A stretch of 64,000 nucleotides of DNA. Source: Squalus acanthias. Lineage: Eukaryota. The stretch is from the NCBI GenBank assembly GCA_030390025.1, contig JASTWF010000035.1, positions 2,542,001 through 2,606,000 of the forward strand, given 5' to 3'. Below the pieces are notes generated by a model that worked only from the letters and a program-made list of their open reading frames with translations, was not told where the DNA came from and searched no databases. Shown here one piece after another: positions 45,901 through 59,164 of this stretch (the stretch's first letter is position 1; each line of letters starts with the position of its first letter). The position numbers and the translations under genes were made by a program.

Positions 45901-46914
45901 TTGACTGTAAAGCACTTTGGGACATCCTGAGGTCATGAAAGGCGCTATATAAATGCCAGTCTTTTTTTTCAACTGGAACTCATCCAAAACTCTGTTACTT
46001 GTATCCTAACTCGCACCAAGTCCCATTCACCCATCACCCATGTGCTCATTGACCTACTTTGGCTCCTGGTCCAGCCTTGATTTTAAATTTTTCATCCTTG
46101 TTTTCAGATCCCTCCATGGCCTTGCCCTACCCTGTAACCTCCTCCAGCCCTACAACCCTCCGAGTTCTCTATGTGCTCCTCTAGCTCTGGCCTTTTGCAC
46201 ATCCCTGATTTTAATCACTCCATCATTGGCAGCCGTACCTTCAGCTGCCGAGGCCCTAAGCTCTGGAATTTCCTCCCGACACCTCTCCCCCTCGCTCCCT
46301 CTTTCTCCTCCTTTAAGATGCTCCTTAAATCCTACCTCTTTGACCAAGCTGCCTAATATCTCCTTATGAGGCTCGGTGTCAAATTTTGTTTGATAACGCT
46401 CCTGTGAAGCGCCTTGGGACGTTTTACTACTTCCGCAAACAGCGTTTGATGCTGGGTTAATTGTTAATTATAAATCTGAGATTTATAGATTTTTGTTAAA
46501 TAAAGTTATTAAGGGATATAAGGCAAAGGCGGGTATATGGAGTTACGCGCAGATCAGCCATGATCTCATTGAATGGCATGAATGGCTTCTGATTGGGACT
46601 CCCATCATATAGTGGTCAAAACTAACCTTATTCTACATTATTCCAACTCTTGTATCTTAGATCAATTTTAAAATTGAGGCTCAAGGTGCTAAATGGCCTA
46701 CTCCTGTTCCTTTGTTCCTATTCTACTCGATCTATCGATATATGCAGCATTGTCGACCCTCTTACTGCTAAATTACAGACAGAACTGCTGCTTATGTCAG
46801 TGGACTGGCTTGCTTCTGATTGGGACACCCATCATATAGTAAACAAATGCTATTGCGTATTTCATCTGAATCTCAGTCAACTCTCCACTCCTCATTTAGT
46901 CCCTCATCCCTGGT

Positions 46915-47470
46915 AACATCCTGGTAAACCTCCTCTGCACCCTTTCTAAGGCCTTTATATCTTTCCTGAAGTGTGGTGCCCAGAATCGTCCACAATTCTC
47001 CAGCTGAGGCCTAGCCAGTGATTTAGAAAGTTCCAGCATGATCTCTTTGCTTTATATATTCCTCTACTTATAAACCCAAGCAACACATATGCTTTTTTCA
47101 CCACCTTAACAACTTACTCCGTCACCTTTTAGGATTTGTGTATATGGACACCAAGGTCTCTCTGCTCATCTACAATTTAAAAATCGTGCCATTTATAGTA
47201 TACTGTCTTTCCATATTAGTCCACCCAAAGTGCATCACTTCACAGCACTGAACTCCGTCTGCCATGCTCCTGCCCATTTCACCATCCTCTTTATGTCTTC
47301 CTGAAGTCTACAACTATCCTCATCACTATCTACTACGTTGCCAAGTTTTGTATCATCTGCAAACTTTATAATGCTGCTCCCTACACCCTAGTCTAGGTCG
47401 TTTATAAAAATTGAAAACAGTAATGGACCCAAAACTGACCCTTGAGGAAAACCTTTGCAAATCACCTCCA
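46915..47470 (-). mobile_element. Old CR1 RT fragment
   Basis: Reverse complement contains KFADDTKLG coding sequence (47340-47365) and flanking CR1 motifs. Confidence 0.75.
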
Positions 47471-48185
47471 GCAAGGGTCAGTAGATAGTAATCAAACATA
47501 TTTCATGGCCAGTTTTTCCTCCCTGATCTTGATTTTGCTGAAGCCAGTTCTGAAAACCCAGCAGTTCATCCTACTGAAATTGGCCATCTGAGCATAGCCG
47601 AGGGACTAAAGCAGAAGCCTTCCTGATGTGTGTGGCTCAGTACACACACCACTGACCCACTGAAAATTTGGGGTAGAACATAAGAAATAAGAGCAGGAGC
47701 AGGCCATTCGGCCCCTCGAGCCTGCTCCGCCATTTAATGAGATCATGGCTGATCCGATTTTGGCCTCAACTCCACTTTCCTGCCCGCTCCCCATAACCCT
47801 TGACTCCCCTGTTGCTCAAAAATCTGTCTATCTCCGCCTTGAATATATTCAATGACTCAGCTTCCACAGCTCTCTAGGGTAAAGAATTCCAAAGATTCAC
47901 GACCCTCTGAGAGAAGAAATTCCTCCTCATCTCCGTCTTAAATGGGCGACCCTTTATTCTGAGACTATGCCCCCTTGTCCTAGATTCCCCACGAGTGGAA
48001 ACAGCCTCTCAGCATCTACCCCGTCCAACTCACTCAGAATCTTATATGTTTCAATAAGATCACCTCTCATTCTTCTAAACTCCAATGAGGATAGGCCCAT
48101 CCTGCTCAACCTTTCCTCATAAGACAACCCTTCCATCCAGGAATCAACCTGGTGAACCTTCTCTGAACTGCCTCCAATGCAAGTA

Positions 48186-49530
48186 TAACCAACGTCAGTG
48201 TTCTCGCTCAGGCCAGCATCCCCAGCATCGAAGCTTTGACCACGCTCGATCAGCTCCAATGGACGGGTGACATCGTCCGCATGCCCGATACGAGACTCCC
48301 AAAACAAGCGCTCTACTCGGAGCTCCGGCACGGCAAGAGAGCCCCAGGTGGGCAGAGGAAATGCTTCAAGGACACCCTCAAAGCCTCCTTGAAAAAGTGC
48401 AACATCCCCACTGACACCTGGGAATCCCTGGCCCAAGACCGCACAAAGTGGAGGAGAAGCATCCGGGAAGGTGCCGAACACCTCGAGTCTCTTCGCCGGG
48501 AGCAAGCAGAAGCCAAGCGCAAACAGCGCAAGGAGCGCACGTCAACCCGAGCACCCCACCCACCCACCCCTTCAACCACCGTCTGCCCCACCTGTGACAG
48601 AGACTGTGGGCTCAATTTTCACCGGCCCGTGGAGGCAGGAGTGGTGTGAAAATAGCAGATTAGGGGGTCCCGAACCCATCCTGCCCCCAACCCGCCTCCA
48701 TGCCAGTTTCCCAGGAGGCGGGTACCCGACATGTGCTGGGACCCGCCTCCCCGAGGCGGGAAGGGGATTAGTGCCAATAAACTGCCTGGTAACAAGTAGT
48801 TAACAGGCAGTTTTTTGCCTAATCCCTATTTTTAGCCCTGAAGTGTGGGCTTCCCGACAGGTCCGAACCACGCCGATTTAGCGAGGCGGACCGTCGGTCT
48901 GGAGGGCTTGGAGGGGTCGAGATGTCCGGTGTGCAGGTGAGTGATGGGTGCATGAGTGCAGAGGTAAGTGTGTTTGGTGTGTGTAAAGTGTTTTAAGAAC
49001 TTTTACTTACCTTAACTTTGTCCTGCAGGCTAAGGTGTTGGGAGTCCCTCACATCCACGGCACAGAAAGCAGAATGGCCGCGGAGCTGTCAAAAGCTGCA
49101 GTCTCTGCTTTCTGTGCTGGATTGATTTCTAACTGAGTCTAAGTACAGGGACTCAAGTTAGAAATCATATTGTCAGTGTTTGACAGCTTCACAGAGCTGT
49201 CAAACGCTGAAATTTCATCTGTCAAAAGCTCTTGATAGATGAAATTTCAATGGCTGACGTCACCTGTATCCAAGGGACCCTTGATTGGCCTGCTAAGCCC
49301 GCTGGGCAGGCTTAACAATGTCAATCAAGGGAAAATACAGTGGGTTGGCCACAAGTCGATGGAGGCGGGACTACAACCCAAAAAGTGGGAGTCCCGTCTC
49401 CATCACGTCCCCATTGACAAAATCCAGCCCTGTAGGTCCCGCATTGGACTCATCAGTCACCTGAGAACTCATTTTTAATGTGGAAGCAAGTCATCCTCGG
49501 TTCCGAGGGACTGCCTAAGAAAGAGAGAGA
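48186..49530 (+). mobile_element. RTE-clade LINE 3' end, interrupted by the MITE at 48608-49430
   Basis: QLQWTGDIVRMPDTRLPKQALYSEL..GKRAPGGQRK.FKD; a C-terminal CPTC...RSRIGLISHLRTH finger is rejoined across the MITE. Confidence 0.88.
48608..49430 (+). mobile_element. Harbinger-type MITE with internal hairpins
   Basis: Termini gggctcaatttt...aaaatccagccc, 3-bp TSD TGT (48605-48607 and 49431-49433), palindromes at 49060-49210. Confidence 0.85.
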
Positions 49531-50353
49531 TACAGTTGTAGCAAGACTTCCCTACTTTTATATTCCACATCCCCCTTGAAATAAAGGCCAAGATTCCATT
49601 TGCCTTCCTAATTACTTGCTGCACCTGCATGTTAACTTCTTGTGTTTCATGTACGGGGACACCCAGACCCCTCTGTACCGCCGCATTCTGTTGTCTTTCT
49701 CCATTTAAATAATATTTTTCTTTTCTATTCCTACCAAAGTGGATAACCACATTTTCCCACTTTATACTCCATCTGCCAAATTCTTGCCCACTCACTTAAC
49801 CTATCTATGTCCCTTTGCAGATACTTTGGGCTAGATTTTGCCAGGCCCGAGGAGGCGGGTTTGGAGGCGTGTGAGGTGCTAAAATTGCAAAAAATGGCAG
49901 GCGGCTCCGATCCCGCCTCCAGCCCGCTTCTGATCAATTTTCCCAAAAACGGCCTTTCAGACCCCGTTTCGATCCCGCCTCCAAGAGGCGGGATAGTCCC
50001 TTAAGGCTCTTAACAAGCACTTAATTGCCTCTATAATGCCATTTTGAGAGGACTTTCTAACTTTAACACATTTCCCCCGTGCTGCACGTCTCCTCTGGAA
50101 CACGCCAGTTAATCCTGGCGGCCTCACAAGTGGATGGCTTACGAACAGCTGCAGCTCCACCATTTAAAGGAATTTTCAACAATGATCATTTGCAGGTGGC
50201 AGAACTTTGTTTTCTCAGGTCTGGGAGAACTTTTAGCAGGCCTACTCATTGTGGAAGTTTTGAGGCTGAGATCCATCTCCAGTGTGACCTCCTAGGAAAC
50301 CCTTCTCCCCACCTTGACTGAGCGCTTCCTCAACTGAGGTATATACCAGAAGC

Positions 50354-51590
50354 ATGGGAACCATTTATTTCCTTTCCTCCTGGACATCAGATTCAGACGA
50401 AGACCAGCCGCAGCAGCAGCAGCACCCGGAACAACAGCAGCACCAACAGCAGGAGCATCAACAGGAGCGCCAAGCTGCTGCTCACCCACCTGAAGCTGCA
50501 CAGGCCAGAAGGCGCCAGCACATGGAAGCACGTCACCGCAGGAGATACCCCCAAAACAGGGTTTACAGACAGAGGATGAGCTACCTCAACATGACTGAGC
50601 AGCAGTGCCAAAGGAGGCTCAGATTTTCTCGAGAGGTAGTGGGTGACATCTGCGCAATGCTGCAGCAAGACCTGGTGCCCAGAGGAGCGGGTGGACAACC
50701 CTTACCAGTGGCCGTCAAAGTCACCACCGCATTCAACTTTTTTGCTTCAGGCTCATTCCAGGGATCAGCAGCAGACATCAGCGGCATCTCCCAGGTGGGC
50801 GCACACACTTGTATCACGCAGGTAACCGATGCCCTCTTTGCCATCGCGCACAATTACATCAACTTCTCCAAGGATCAAGCAAGTGTAACTGCGCATGCGG
50901 TTGGATTTGCTAATCTGGCAGGCTTTCCAAGGGTGCAGGGCGTCGTTGACTGCACACATGTGGCCCTTAAGGCACCCCATCACAATCCAGGTATTTTTGT
51001 CAACTGCAAGGGCTTCCACTCCCTCAACGTGCAGCTGCTGTGTGACCACAAGAAGGAAATTTTGCATGTTTGTGCCAAGTACCCTGGCAGTTGCCATGAC
51101 TACTTCATCCTGCGCCAGTCTAGTGTGCCTCCTCTCTTCAGTCAGCCAGACCAACTTTTCGGATGGCTTCTTGGAGACAAGGGCTATCCCCTGAAGATGT
51201 GGCTAATGACGCCATTCAGGAGGCCATCCAACGAAGCTGAGAACGCTACAAATCCAGCCACATTTCCACCAGATCCATAATCGAGCAAATCATCGGCTTG
51301 CTGAAGATGCGATTCAGATGCCTTGATAGATCAGGTGGAGCCCTGCAGTACTCAGCAGCCAGGGTCTCCAGAATCATCGTGGTCTGCTGTGCACTTCACA
51401 ACATGGCACAGCATCGTGGCTTGCAGCTGCCTGAGGTACAAGTGGCTCATCGCATAGCCTCCTCAGATGAGGATGATGAGGAGGAGAAGGAGAGCGACAA
51501 CGAACAGCTTGCGGAGGAGCATCAACCAGCGGCAGCTGCACGCGAGCACATTGCTGCCCGGGATGCAAGGGACCAGATTTGCTTAGCCTG
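50354..51590 (+). pseudogene. Harbinger DDE transposase (HARBI1-like), frameshifted near 51242
   Basis: [36 protein letters not shown], then IEQIIGLLKMRFRCL in the next frame. Confidence 0.92.
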
Positions 51591-51844
51591 CCCAATCAAA
51601 CACTTTTGCCTCGCACCTTCTTACCAGAGCATCGACTATGGCCAAGAATCTGCGGATTCCTATCACTCTGACCACCATACTGACAATTGCAAGTCGCCCT
51701 AAGCCCTCAATGTGGAAGTCCCATTTGTGAAATGACACAGCCCACAACTTCAACAGTTTGCCATCAAGTTTTTTTATCACATAAAGTCACGGATGGCTTT
51801 TCAAAACTAAACACAACAGAACACCCAAGTGACTACCCTTGTGA

Positions 51845-53858
51845 CTACTTGTGCTTTATCTTCCTCTTACGTGTGCTCCTACGTGGTGCTTCCCCTGTGG
51901 CTTCAGCAGATGTGGAGGCCCCTTGCTCACTTTCTTGCTGCTCCTGCCTCAACACCTTTGGCGGGCGTCCTCTGGGGTTGCGAGCCTGTAAGGGCTCGGT
52001 AACAGTCTGCTGCTGCTGCGGCTGTGCAGGGGCTGAGTCGCTGATCTCAGTTGGGTGAGGACTCTGGTGAGGCTCTGACCGAGGGCTTTGCAGTGGCATG
52101 GTTGTGTGAGCACTTGGAGAGAAGCCCCCACTTCTTTGTTCTCTGCCACCAACATCCCTCTCATGGGTCAGCCCCACTTCAGAGCTAGCAAGTGGCTTGA
52201 CAGCACCTTGCTGCACTTCAGGGGGCCATGAGGACCCGTTTCTGCACTGGAAGTCCTACTCCAGAGGACTTCCATGAAGGTCTGGTTTCTCTGCTCAATA
52301 GCTGACCATCGCTCCTCAAGAGATGTCAGTCTATTCTGAACAATGACCATGTTTTCAAGACCCTGGCGACTAAGCTCCTCCATGGCCGTGGCCATCCTCT
52401 CCTCTACGGTAGCCATCCTCTCCTCTACGGTAGCCAGCCTTACCACGGAGGTAGCCATCCTTTCCACGGAGGTTGCCATCCTTTCCATGGTGATGCGTTC
52501 ATGTGCCATTGCCTCCACAAAGGCTCTGCTCATGTTAGCGATGGACTCCTCCATTCGCTCCACACTCGCAGCGAACCTGCCAGAGACTCCTGCACCTGTT
52601 CCTGGAGTTCCAGCACCACTCTCCTTCTAGATGGACCCAGAGGCACAGGGTCGACATGCAGCTGAGCCGAGCTGGCAGAGTCCTGCGGCCTCCGACGAGG
52701 ACTCTCCACTGCTGTCCCTGTCTCCACCATCTGCTGATGCTCACTTGTGAGCTGTGATACACCAGGTGACAACTCTACTCTATCTCGCGAAGGTCCCACC
52801 GAGGTTTGAGTGTCTGCGCTGGTGCTTGGTGAGCTTAATTCTGCTGACACTGCGCCCTCAGAGGTTGCAGCTTCCTCTGAGAGGTGTGGGGGCTCAGGCT
52901 GTTCCACCTGGACAGTGGGGAGGGGGGCTGTCGATGGTCCTGTGGGGGAGTTAAGGAAAGAATTAGACATGTGAGATAAACGTTGCATGCACATTGAATT
53001 GTGCAGATGATCATAATTCAATCTGTTAGAGCATTAGCATTAATATCAATCACTCATGCAATGTCAATGAGAGAGATGAAAAACTACTCTGTCACCAGCT
53101 TGCTCTGATGCGCCCGTCTGTCCGTCCCCCACTTGCGCATCGTCCTCGACTTCCACGATCTCCAGGGCCGCCTCCTCTGCAATGGTGAGCTGGGCTATTG
53201 AGAGTGGCCCTCCTCCTGTCCTCGCCCTCTCCCTCTTATTGTGGGCTCTCTTTTCCTGCAATGAGGGACACAGTGGAGTTTGAGTGAGAATGAAGGAGTG
53301 AGTGTAGAGAATCCATAGCATAGATGCTTAGAAAGACACAGAGATGGAGTGAGGTGCCAATATCAAGGGCCCTCCATGTGTGTTGTAAGTTGTTGTCATA
53401 GCATCACAGTGATAGGGAGTGTGAGGGCTGCATAGTCGAATAGTTAAGTGAATGTGAACAAACAGAGAGAGGGAATGGTTAAGGGTGCAGGGATGTAAGG
53501 GTCAAGTGGGATGTGGAGGAGGAGGTTGACAAAGCAGAGTGCTGGTGATGAGAGGCGATGGGGATCAGATTGAGGGTCATGTGGATGGAATACTCACTTT
53601 TCCTGTGCCGAGAAGGTCATGAAACCTCTTTCTGCACTACAGCCAGGTTCTGCTGCACATTGATATGGCATTCACCTCCTGTGCCACTTGCAGCCAAACA
53701 GCTTTGGTCTGTTGGGGAGGCTTTTTCTTCCCTGAAGAAGGAAACAGCACTTCCTTATTCGCTCTTGCTCCCTCCACCAGAGCTTGGAGGGAGTTCTCAT
53801 CGAATCGGGGTGCTGCTTGACATGGTTGGAGCATCAATCCCTCATAAGTATAATGCAA
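51845..53858 (-). pseudogene. Harbinger Myb/SANT-like partner gene, three exons (~53858-53598, 53255-53096, 52939-51845), disrupted
   Basis: RFDENSLQALVE...W..VA..VNA..RTWL*CRKRFHDL with donor gtgagt. Exon 2 EKRAHNKRERARTGGGP. Exon 3 has a coiled-coil repeat (ERMATS) and a basic end RRSTRKRK. Contains a stop and frameshifts. Confidence 0.8.
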
Positions 53859-55966
53859 AAGTTGTAAGGCAGAAAAAGAACCAAGGCTGCTTGCAGGCCT
53901 TCAATGCAGCTGCATAGATGAAGTCATCAGAGGCGAGTTTCAGCACCAAAATACTAATTGGGCCAGGGGTTCCCACACGCTGCAAATTAGGGGAAAATTG
54001 CTCAATTTTCACGCCTCACGTTGGAGGTGGGGTCATGACCCGCCGACCACCTGACCCGCCCCCATGACAAAATCCAGTCCGTGATGTCCTCCTCACAACT
54101 TACTTTCCCACCTATCTTTGTATCGTCTGCAAATTTGGCTACAATACACTCGCTTCCTTCATCCAAGTCATTAATATACTGTAGATTGAAAATAGTTGAG
54201 GCCCCAGCACTGATCCCTGTGGCACCCCACTAGTTACAGTTTGCCAACCTGAAAATTACCCATTTATCTCGACTCTTTGTTTTCTGTTAATTAGCCAATC
54301 CACTATCCAATCTAATATATTACCCCCAACACCATGAGCTCTTATCTTATGCAGTAACCTTTTATGTGGCACCTTGTCCGAATGCCTTTTGGAAATCCAA
54401 ATACACTACATCTATTGGTTCCCCTTTATCCACCCTGCTCGTTACCTCCTCAAAGAACTCTAATAGATTTGTCAAGCACGATTTCCCTTTCATAAAACCA
54501 TGTTGACTCTGTTTGATTGTATTATGATTTTCTAAATGCCCTGCTACTACTTCCTTAATAATGGATCGAGCATTTTGCCAATGACAGATGTTAGGCTAAC
54601 TGGCCTATAGTTTCCTGCTTTCTGTCTCCCTCTTTTGAATAAGGGCGTTACATTTGCGATTTTCCAATCCGCAGGGACTTTTCCAGAGTCAAGGGAATTT
54701 TGGTAAATTACAACCAGTGCATCCACTATCTCAGCAGCCACTTCTTTTAAGACCCCAGGATGCAGGCCAGCAGGTCCAGGGGACTTGTCAGCCTTTAGAC
54801 CCATACGTTTGCCTAACACTTTTTCTCTAGTGATAGTGATTGTTTTAAGTTCCTCCCCCCCTTTTGCCCCTTGATTTATTACTATTAATGGGATGTTTTT
54901 AGTGTCCTCTACTGTGAAGACAGATACAAAATATTTGTTCAATGCCTCTGCCATTTCCTTGTTTCCCATTATTATTTCCCCAGTCTCATCCTCTAAGGGA
55001 CCAACATTTATTTTAGCTACTCTCTTCCTTTTTATATACTTGTAGAAGCTCTTACTGTCAGTTTTTATATTTCTTGCTAGTTTACTCTCATAAGCTATTT
55101 TCTCCCTCTTATTTTTTTAGTCATCCTTTGCTGGTTTCTAAAAATTTCCCAATCTTCTGGCCTACCACTAATCTTCGCAACATTGTATGCCTTTTCTTTC
55201 AATTTGATACCATCCTTAACTTCCTTAGTTAGCCACGGATGGTTCATCCTTCTCGTAGAGTCTTTCTTTCTCACTGAAATATATCTTTGTTGAGAGTCAT
55301 GAAATATCTCTTTAAATGTCTGCCACTGCTTTTCTACTGTCTTACCTTCTAATCTATTTTCCCAGTCCACTTTAGCCAACTCTCTCCTCATACCTTTGTA
55401 ATTGCCTTTATTTAAGTTTAATACTCTAGTTTCAGACTCTAGTAGCTCCCTTCTTTCATCGCAATGCAGTTTTGTTAAACTAAAAGGATACCATTTGTTC
55501 GGAAATGTGTCTCCGATCAAAACCAGCTTCTTTGTTTTGATTAAAAGACAAATAACGCGTCACTTATTTCCATTTTTTAATTTATAGCTAAAGTGATAAC
55601 AGCTCAACATTTACCTCTTCCTGAGCACCGTAGTGATATGGAGATGTTTGTTAGAGATTTGAAGTGTATAATGAATGCCAATTTAGATAAGTAGCTGGTC
55701 TTGCTGTCTTTATCTGGGACAAAAGTCTCATAAAAATTGAAGGATGAGTTTGTGTAATGAAGATTAATAAAGACTTACAAGAAGATGATCACAGGAGTCA
55801 CATGCTTAAATCTCTTTGTGGAGTGACAAGGGAGCATGAACTGTCTTGCAGTGAGGGCCATGGAGAGCACGAGTGTCACAGGCAAGGAAGAGTGGACCGA
55901 CTTTTAATGCATGTCCTTTCCAGCCAGTCACTGTTGAGTTAATGAGAGCCACTTTTTGTTGAGCAG

Positions 55967-56043
55967 AACAGCTATACTGATGAACTCCAGGTTTGGGTGG
56001 AAATAGAAGGACAGCACTTCACTCTGGACCTCAGAAGAAATCA
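55967..56043 (+). CDS. ADAM paralog B, exon 3 (prodomain)
   Basis: Acceptor tttttgttgagcag, 77-bp exon, donor gtaagt. NSYTDELQVWVEIEGQHFTLDLRRN matches the prodomain G-x-x-x-x-L-x-L-x-x-N motif; phases 0/2. Confidence 0.9.
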
Positions 56044-56624
56044 GTAAGTAAAGCCAGTTTCTAGCCTGTTATATATTGAAAGCAACTTGTACTTGTTATA
56101 AGCAAGGCCAGCAATACACTGTGCGGGATTTAGCATGACCATTAAGAATGGAATGTTTGTGATCTTCAACCATCCTGAACTGGAAGGGTGGAGAGGAGAA
56201 ATGACTGCAGGTCAGTCTCAGGGATGACTCAGGCTTGTTAAGCTTCCATCCCATATGATGCCTGCCCCCAGTCCCATGTCTATTGGAGCTTGATTTTAAT
56301 GAACAGCACAGCATGGCAGATGTTCCAGATCCTTAAATGGGGGAAAGAGGAGAGAAAAACTCCAGAGATCATTTTAATAATCTGCAGTTTATAGTAAAAT
56401 TTTATATCAGTCAGAGAAGAGATTCAATGTGCTGAGTAACTTTTCCTGTCCTCTAATGAAAATCATGTTTGCCTGAAAGGAGAACAGAGAAAACTTGTTT
56501 TAAAAACTCGTTCTGAATTTTGTAATTCTAGTAATTGCTGCTAGTAGTTATTGAAGAGAAAGGTGGTATGATTTTAATTGGAGCTTTGAGTGAAGGAAAT
56601 TGTGATTTAAAGTGGGACAAAAAT

Positions 56625-59005
56625 GTAAACCAACTCGAGGGGAGGCCATCCTGGACTGGGTGTTGTGTAATGAGGAGGGACTAATCAGCAATCTTGTGGT
56701 ACGAGGCCCCCTGGGGAAGAGTGACCATAGTATGGTGGAGTTCTACATTAGGATGGAGAAGGAAACAGTTAAGTCAGAGACCATGGTCCAGAACTTAAAT
56801 AAGGGCAACTTTGAGGGTATGAGGCGTGAATTGGCGAGGTTAAATTGGCAAGCGATATTTAAGGGGCTATCAGTGGAAGGGCAATGGCAGACATTTAGAG
56901 ATCGCATGGATGAACTACAACAATTGTACATCCCGGTCTGGCATAAAAATAAAAAAGGGAAGGTGGCTCAACCATGGCTAACAAGGGAAATCAGGGATAG
57001 TATTAAAACCAAGGAAGTTGCATACAAATTGGCCAGAAGTAGCAGCAAACCCGGGGACTGGGAGAACTTCAAAACTCAGCAGAGGAGGACGAAGGGTTTG
57101 ATTAGGGCAGGGAAAATAAAATATGAAAGGAAGCTTGCAGAGAACATTAAAATGACTGCAAAAGCTTCTATAAATATGTAAAAAGAAAGAGGTTAGTAAA
57201 AACAAACGTAGGTCCCCTGCAGTCGGAAACAGGGGAAGTCGTAATGGGGAACAAGGAAATGGCAGATCAATTGAACAAGTACTTTGGTTCGGTGTTTACT
57301 GTGGAGGACACACACAACCTGCCGGAAATAAAAGGGGTCAGAGGATCTGGTAAGAGGGAGGAGCTGAGGGAAATCCTTATTAGTCGGGAAAAGGTATTGG
57401 GAAAATTGATGGGACTGAAGGCTGAAAAATCCCCGGGGCCTGATGGTCTGCATCCCAGAGTACTTAAGGAGGGCCTTGAAATAGGGATTGACGATCATTT
57501 TCCAACATTCCTTAGACTCTGGATCAGTTCCGATGGAGTGGAGGGTGGCCAATGTAACCCCTCTTTTTAAAAAAGGAGGGAGGGAGAAAGCAGGGAATTA
57601 TAGACCGGTCAGCCTGACATCGGTCGTGGGTAAAATGATGGAAGCAATTATTAAAGATGTCATAACAGACCATTTGGAAAGTGGCGACATGATAGGTCCA
57701 AGTCAGCATGGATTTGTGAAAGGGAAATCATGCTTGACAAATCTTCTGGAATTTTTTGAGGATGTTTCCAATAGGGTGGACAGGGGGGAACCAGTAGATG
57801 TGGTGTATTTAGACTTTCAGAAGGCCTTCGACAAGGTCCCACACAAGAGATTGGTGAGCAAAGTTAAAGCACATGGGATTGGGGGTAATGTGTTGACGTG
57901 GATTGAGAACTGGTTGGCACACAGGAAACAAAGAGTAGGAGTAAATGGGTACTTTTCAGAATGGCAGGCAGTGACCAGCGGGGTACCGCAGGGTTCGGTG
58001 CTGGGACCCCAGCTGTTTACATTATATATTAATGATTTGGACGAAGGGATTAAATGTAATATCTCCAAATTTGCGGATGACACTAAATTGGGAGGCAGTG
58101 TGAACAATGAGGAGGATGCTAGGAGGCTACAGAGTGACTTGGACAGGTTGGGTGAATGGGCAAATGTATGGCAGATGAAGTACAATGTGGATAAATGTGA
58201 GGTTATCCACTTTGGTGGTAAAAATAGAGAGGCGGACTATTACCTGAATGGTGGCAGATTAGGGAAAGGGGACGTGCAACGAGACCTGGGCGTCATGGTA
58301 CATCAGTCACTGAAGGTGGGAATGCAAGTGCAGCAGGCAGTCAAGAAAGCAAACGGAATGATGGCCTTCATAGCAAGGGGATTTGAGTACAGGAGTAGGG
58401 AGGTGATGCTACAGTTGTACAGGGCCTTGGTGAGGCCACACCTGGAGTATTGTGCGCAGTTTTGGTCTCCTAACTTAAGGAAGGACATTCTTGCTATTGA
58501 GGGAGTGCAGCGAAGGTTCACTAGATTGATTCCTGGGATGGCCGGACTGACATATCAAGAAAGATTGGGTCAACTGAACTTGTATCCTCTGGAGTTCAGA
58601 AGAATGAGGGGGGATCTTATAGAGACATTTAAAATCCTGACTGGTTTAGACAAATTAGATGCGGGCAGAATGTTCCCAATGGTAGGGAAAACTAGAACCA
58701 GGGGTCACAGTCTAAGGATTAAGGGGAAGCCATTTAGGACTGAGCTGAGGAGGAACTTCTTCACCCAGAGAGTGGTGAATCTATGGAATTCTCTTCCACA
58801 GAAGGTTGTTGAGGCCAGTTCGCTAAATATATTCAAAAGGGAGTTAGATATAACACTCACAACTAAGGGGATCAAGGGGTATGGCGAGAAAGCAGGAATG
58901 GGGTACTGAGGTAGCATGTTCAGCCATGAACGCATTGAATGGCGGTGCAGGCTCGAAGGACCGAATGGTCTACTCCTGTACCTATTTTCTATGTTTCTAT
59001 GTTTC
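56625..59005 (+). mobile_element. Relatively young 5'-truncated CR1
   Basis: ORF 57488-58909 (473 aa) is open through the RT domain to the natural stop; tttctatg tail. Confidence 0.95.
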
Positions 59006-59164
59006 TAAACCAGGATTCAGCAGTATGTGATTAGGTAGATGAATTGCACAGAAAGTTCTGCTTTTTATTTAAGAAATCACTTGTTATGGGTATGATCATC
59101 ATTATGGGTATGAAACCCTCATCCATGCCTTTGTTACCTCTAGACTTGACTAGTCCAACGCTCT

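Larger units (their letters stand above)
41369..45970 (+). mobile_element. DeuSINE-type 3' tail (41369-41419 and 45901-45970) split by the Gypsy insertion
   Basis: cctacattacaacagtgactgcacttcaaaagtacttaattgac|tgtaaagcactttgggacatcctgaggtcatgaaaggcgctatataaatgc resembles SINE3/SacSINE1-type tails (recognised from memory, not searched). Confidence 0.6.
35851..46430 (+). mobile_element. Old L2-clade LINE in three pieces (35851-36108, 40712-41368, 45975-46430) hosting nested insertions
   Basis: Residual peptides NYCPISNL, LQSGFHP..STET and LDL.AAFD.VDH, plus an L2-type tail (ctgtgaagcgccttgggacgttt). Confidence 0.75.
49828..54080 (+). mobile_element. Full-length decayed PIF/Harbinger DNA transposon
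   Basis: TIRs gggctagattttgcca / tgacaaaatccagtcc enclosing convergent transposase and Myb/SANT genes; TSD not clean. Confidence 0.92.
47677..55440 (-). mobile_element. CR1 in three pieces (47677-48185, 49531-49827, 54081-55440) hosting the RTE and Harbinger insertions
   Basis: Pieces are colinear with the copy starting at 15978; ORFs 54547-54969 and 55095-55520. Confidence 0.9.

Noticed and set aside
50354..51702. Domesticated host HARBI1 gene
   Set aside because: It is frameshifted, bounded by TIRs, paired with a Myb gene and inserted in a CR1.
57817..58185. Recurrent antisense ORFs such as [14 protein letters not shown]
   Set aside because: They are the reverse frame of the CR1 RT region and recur with every copy.
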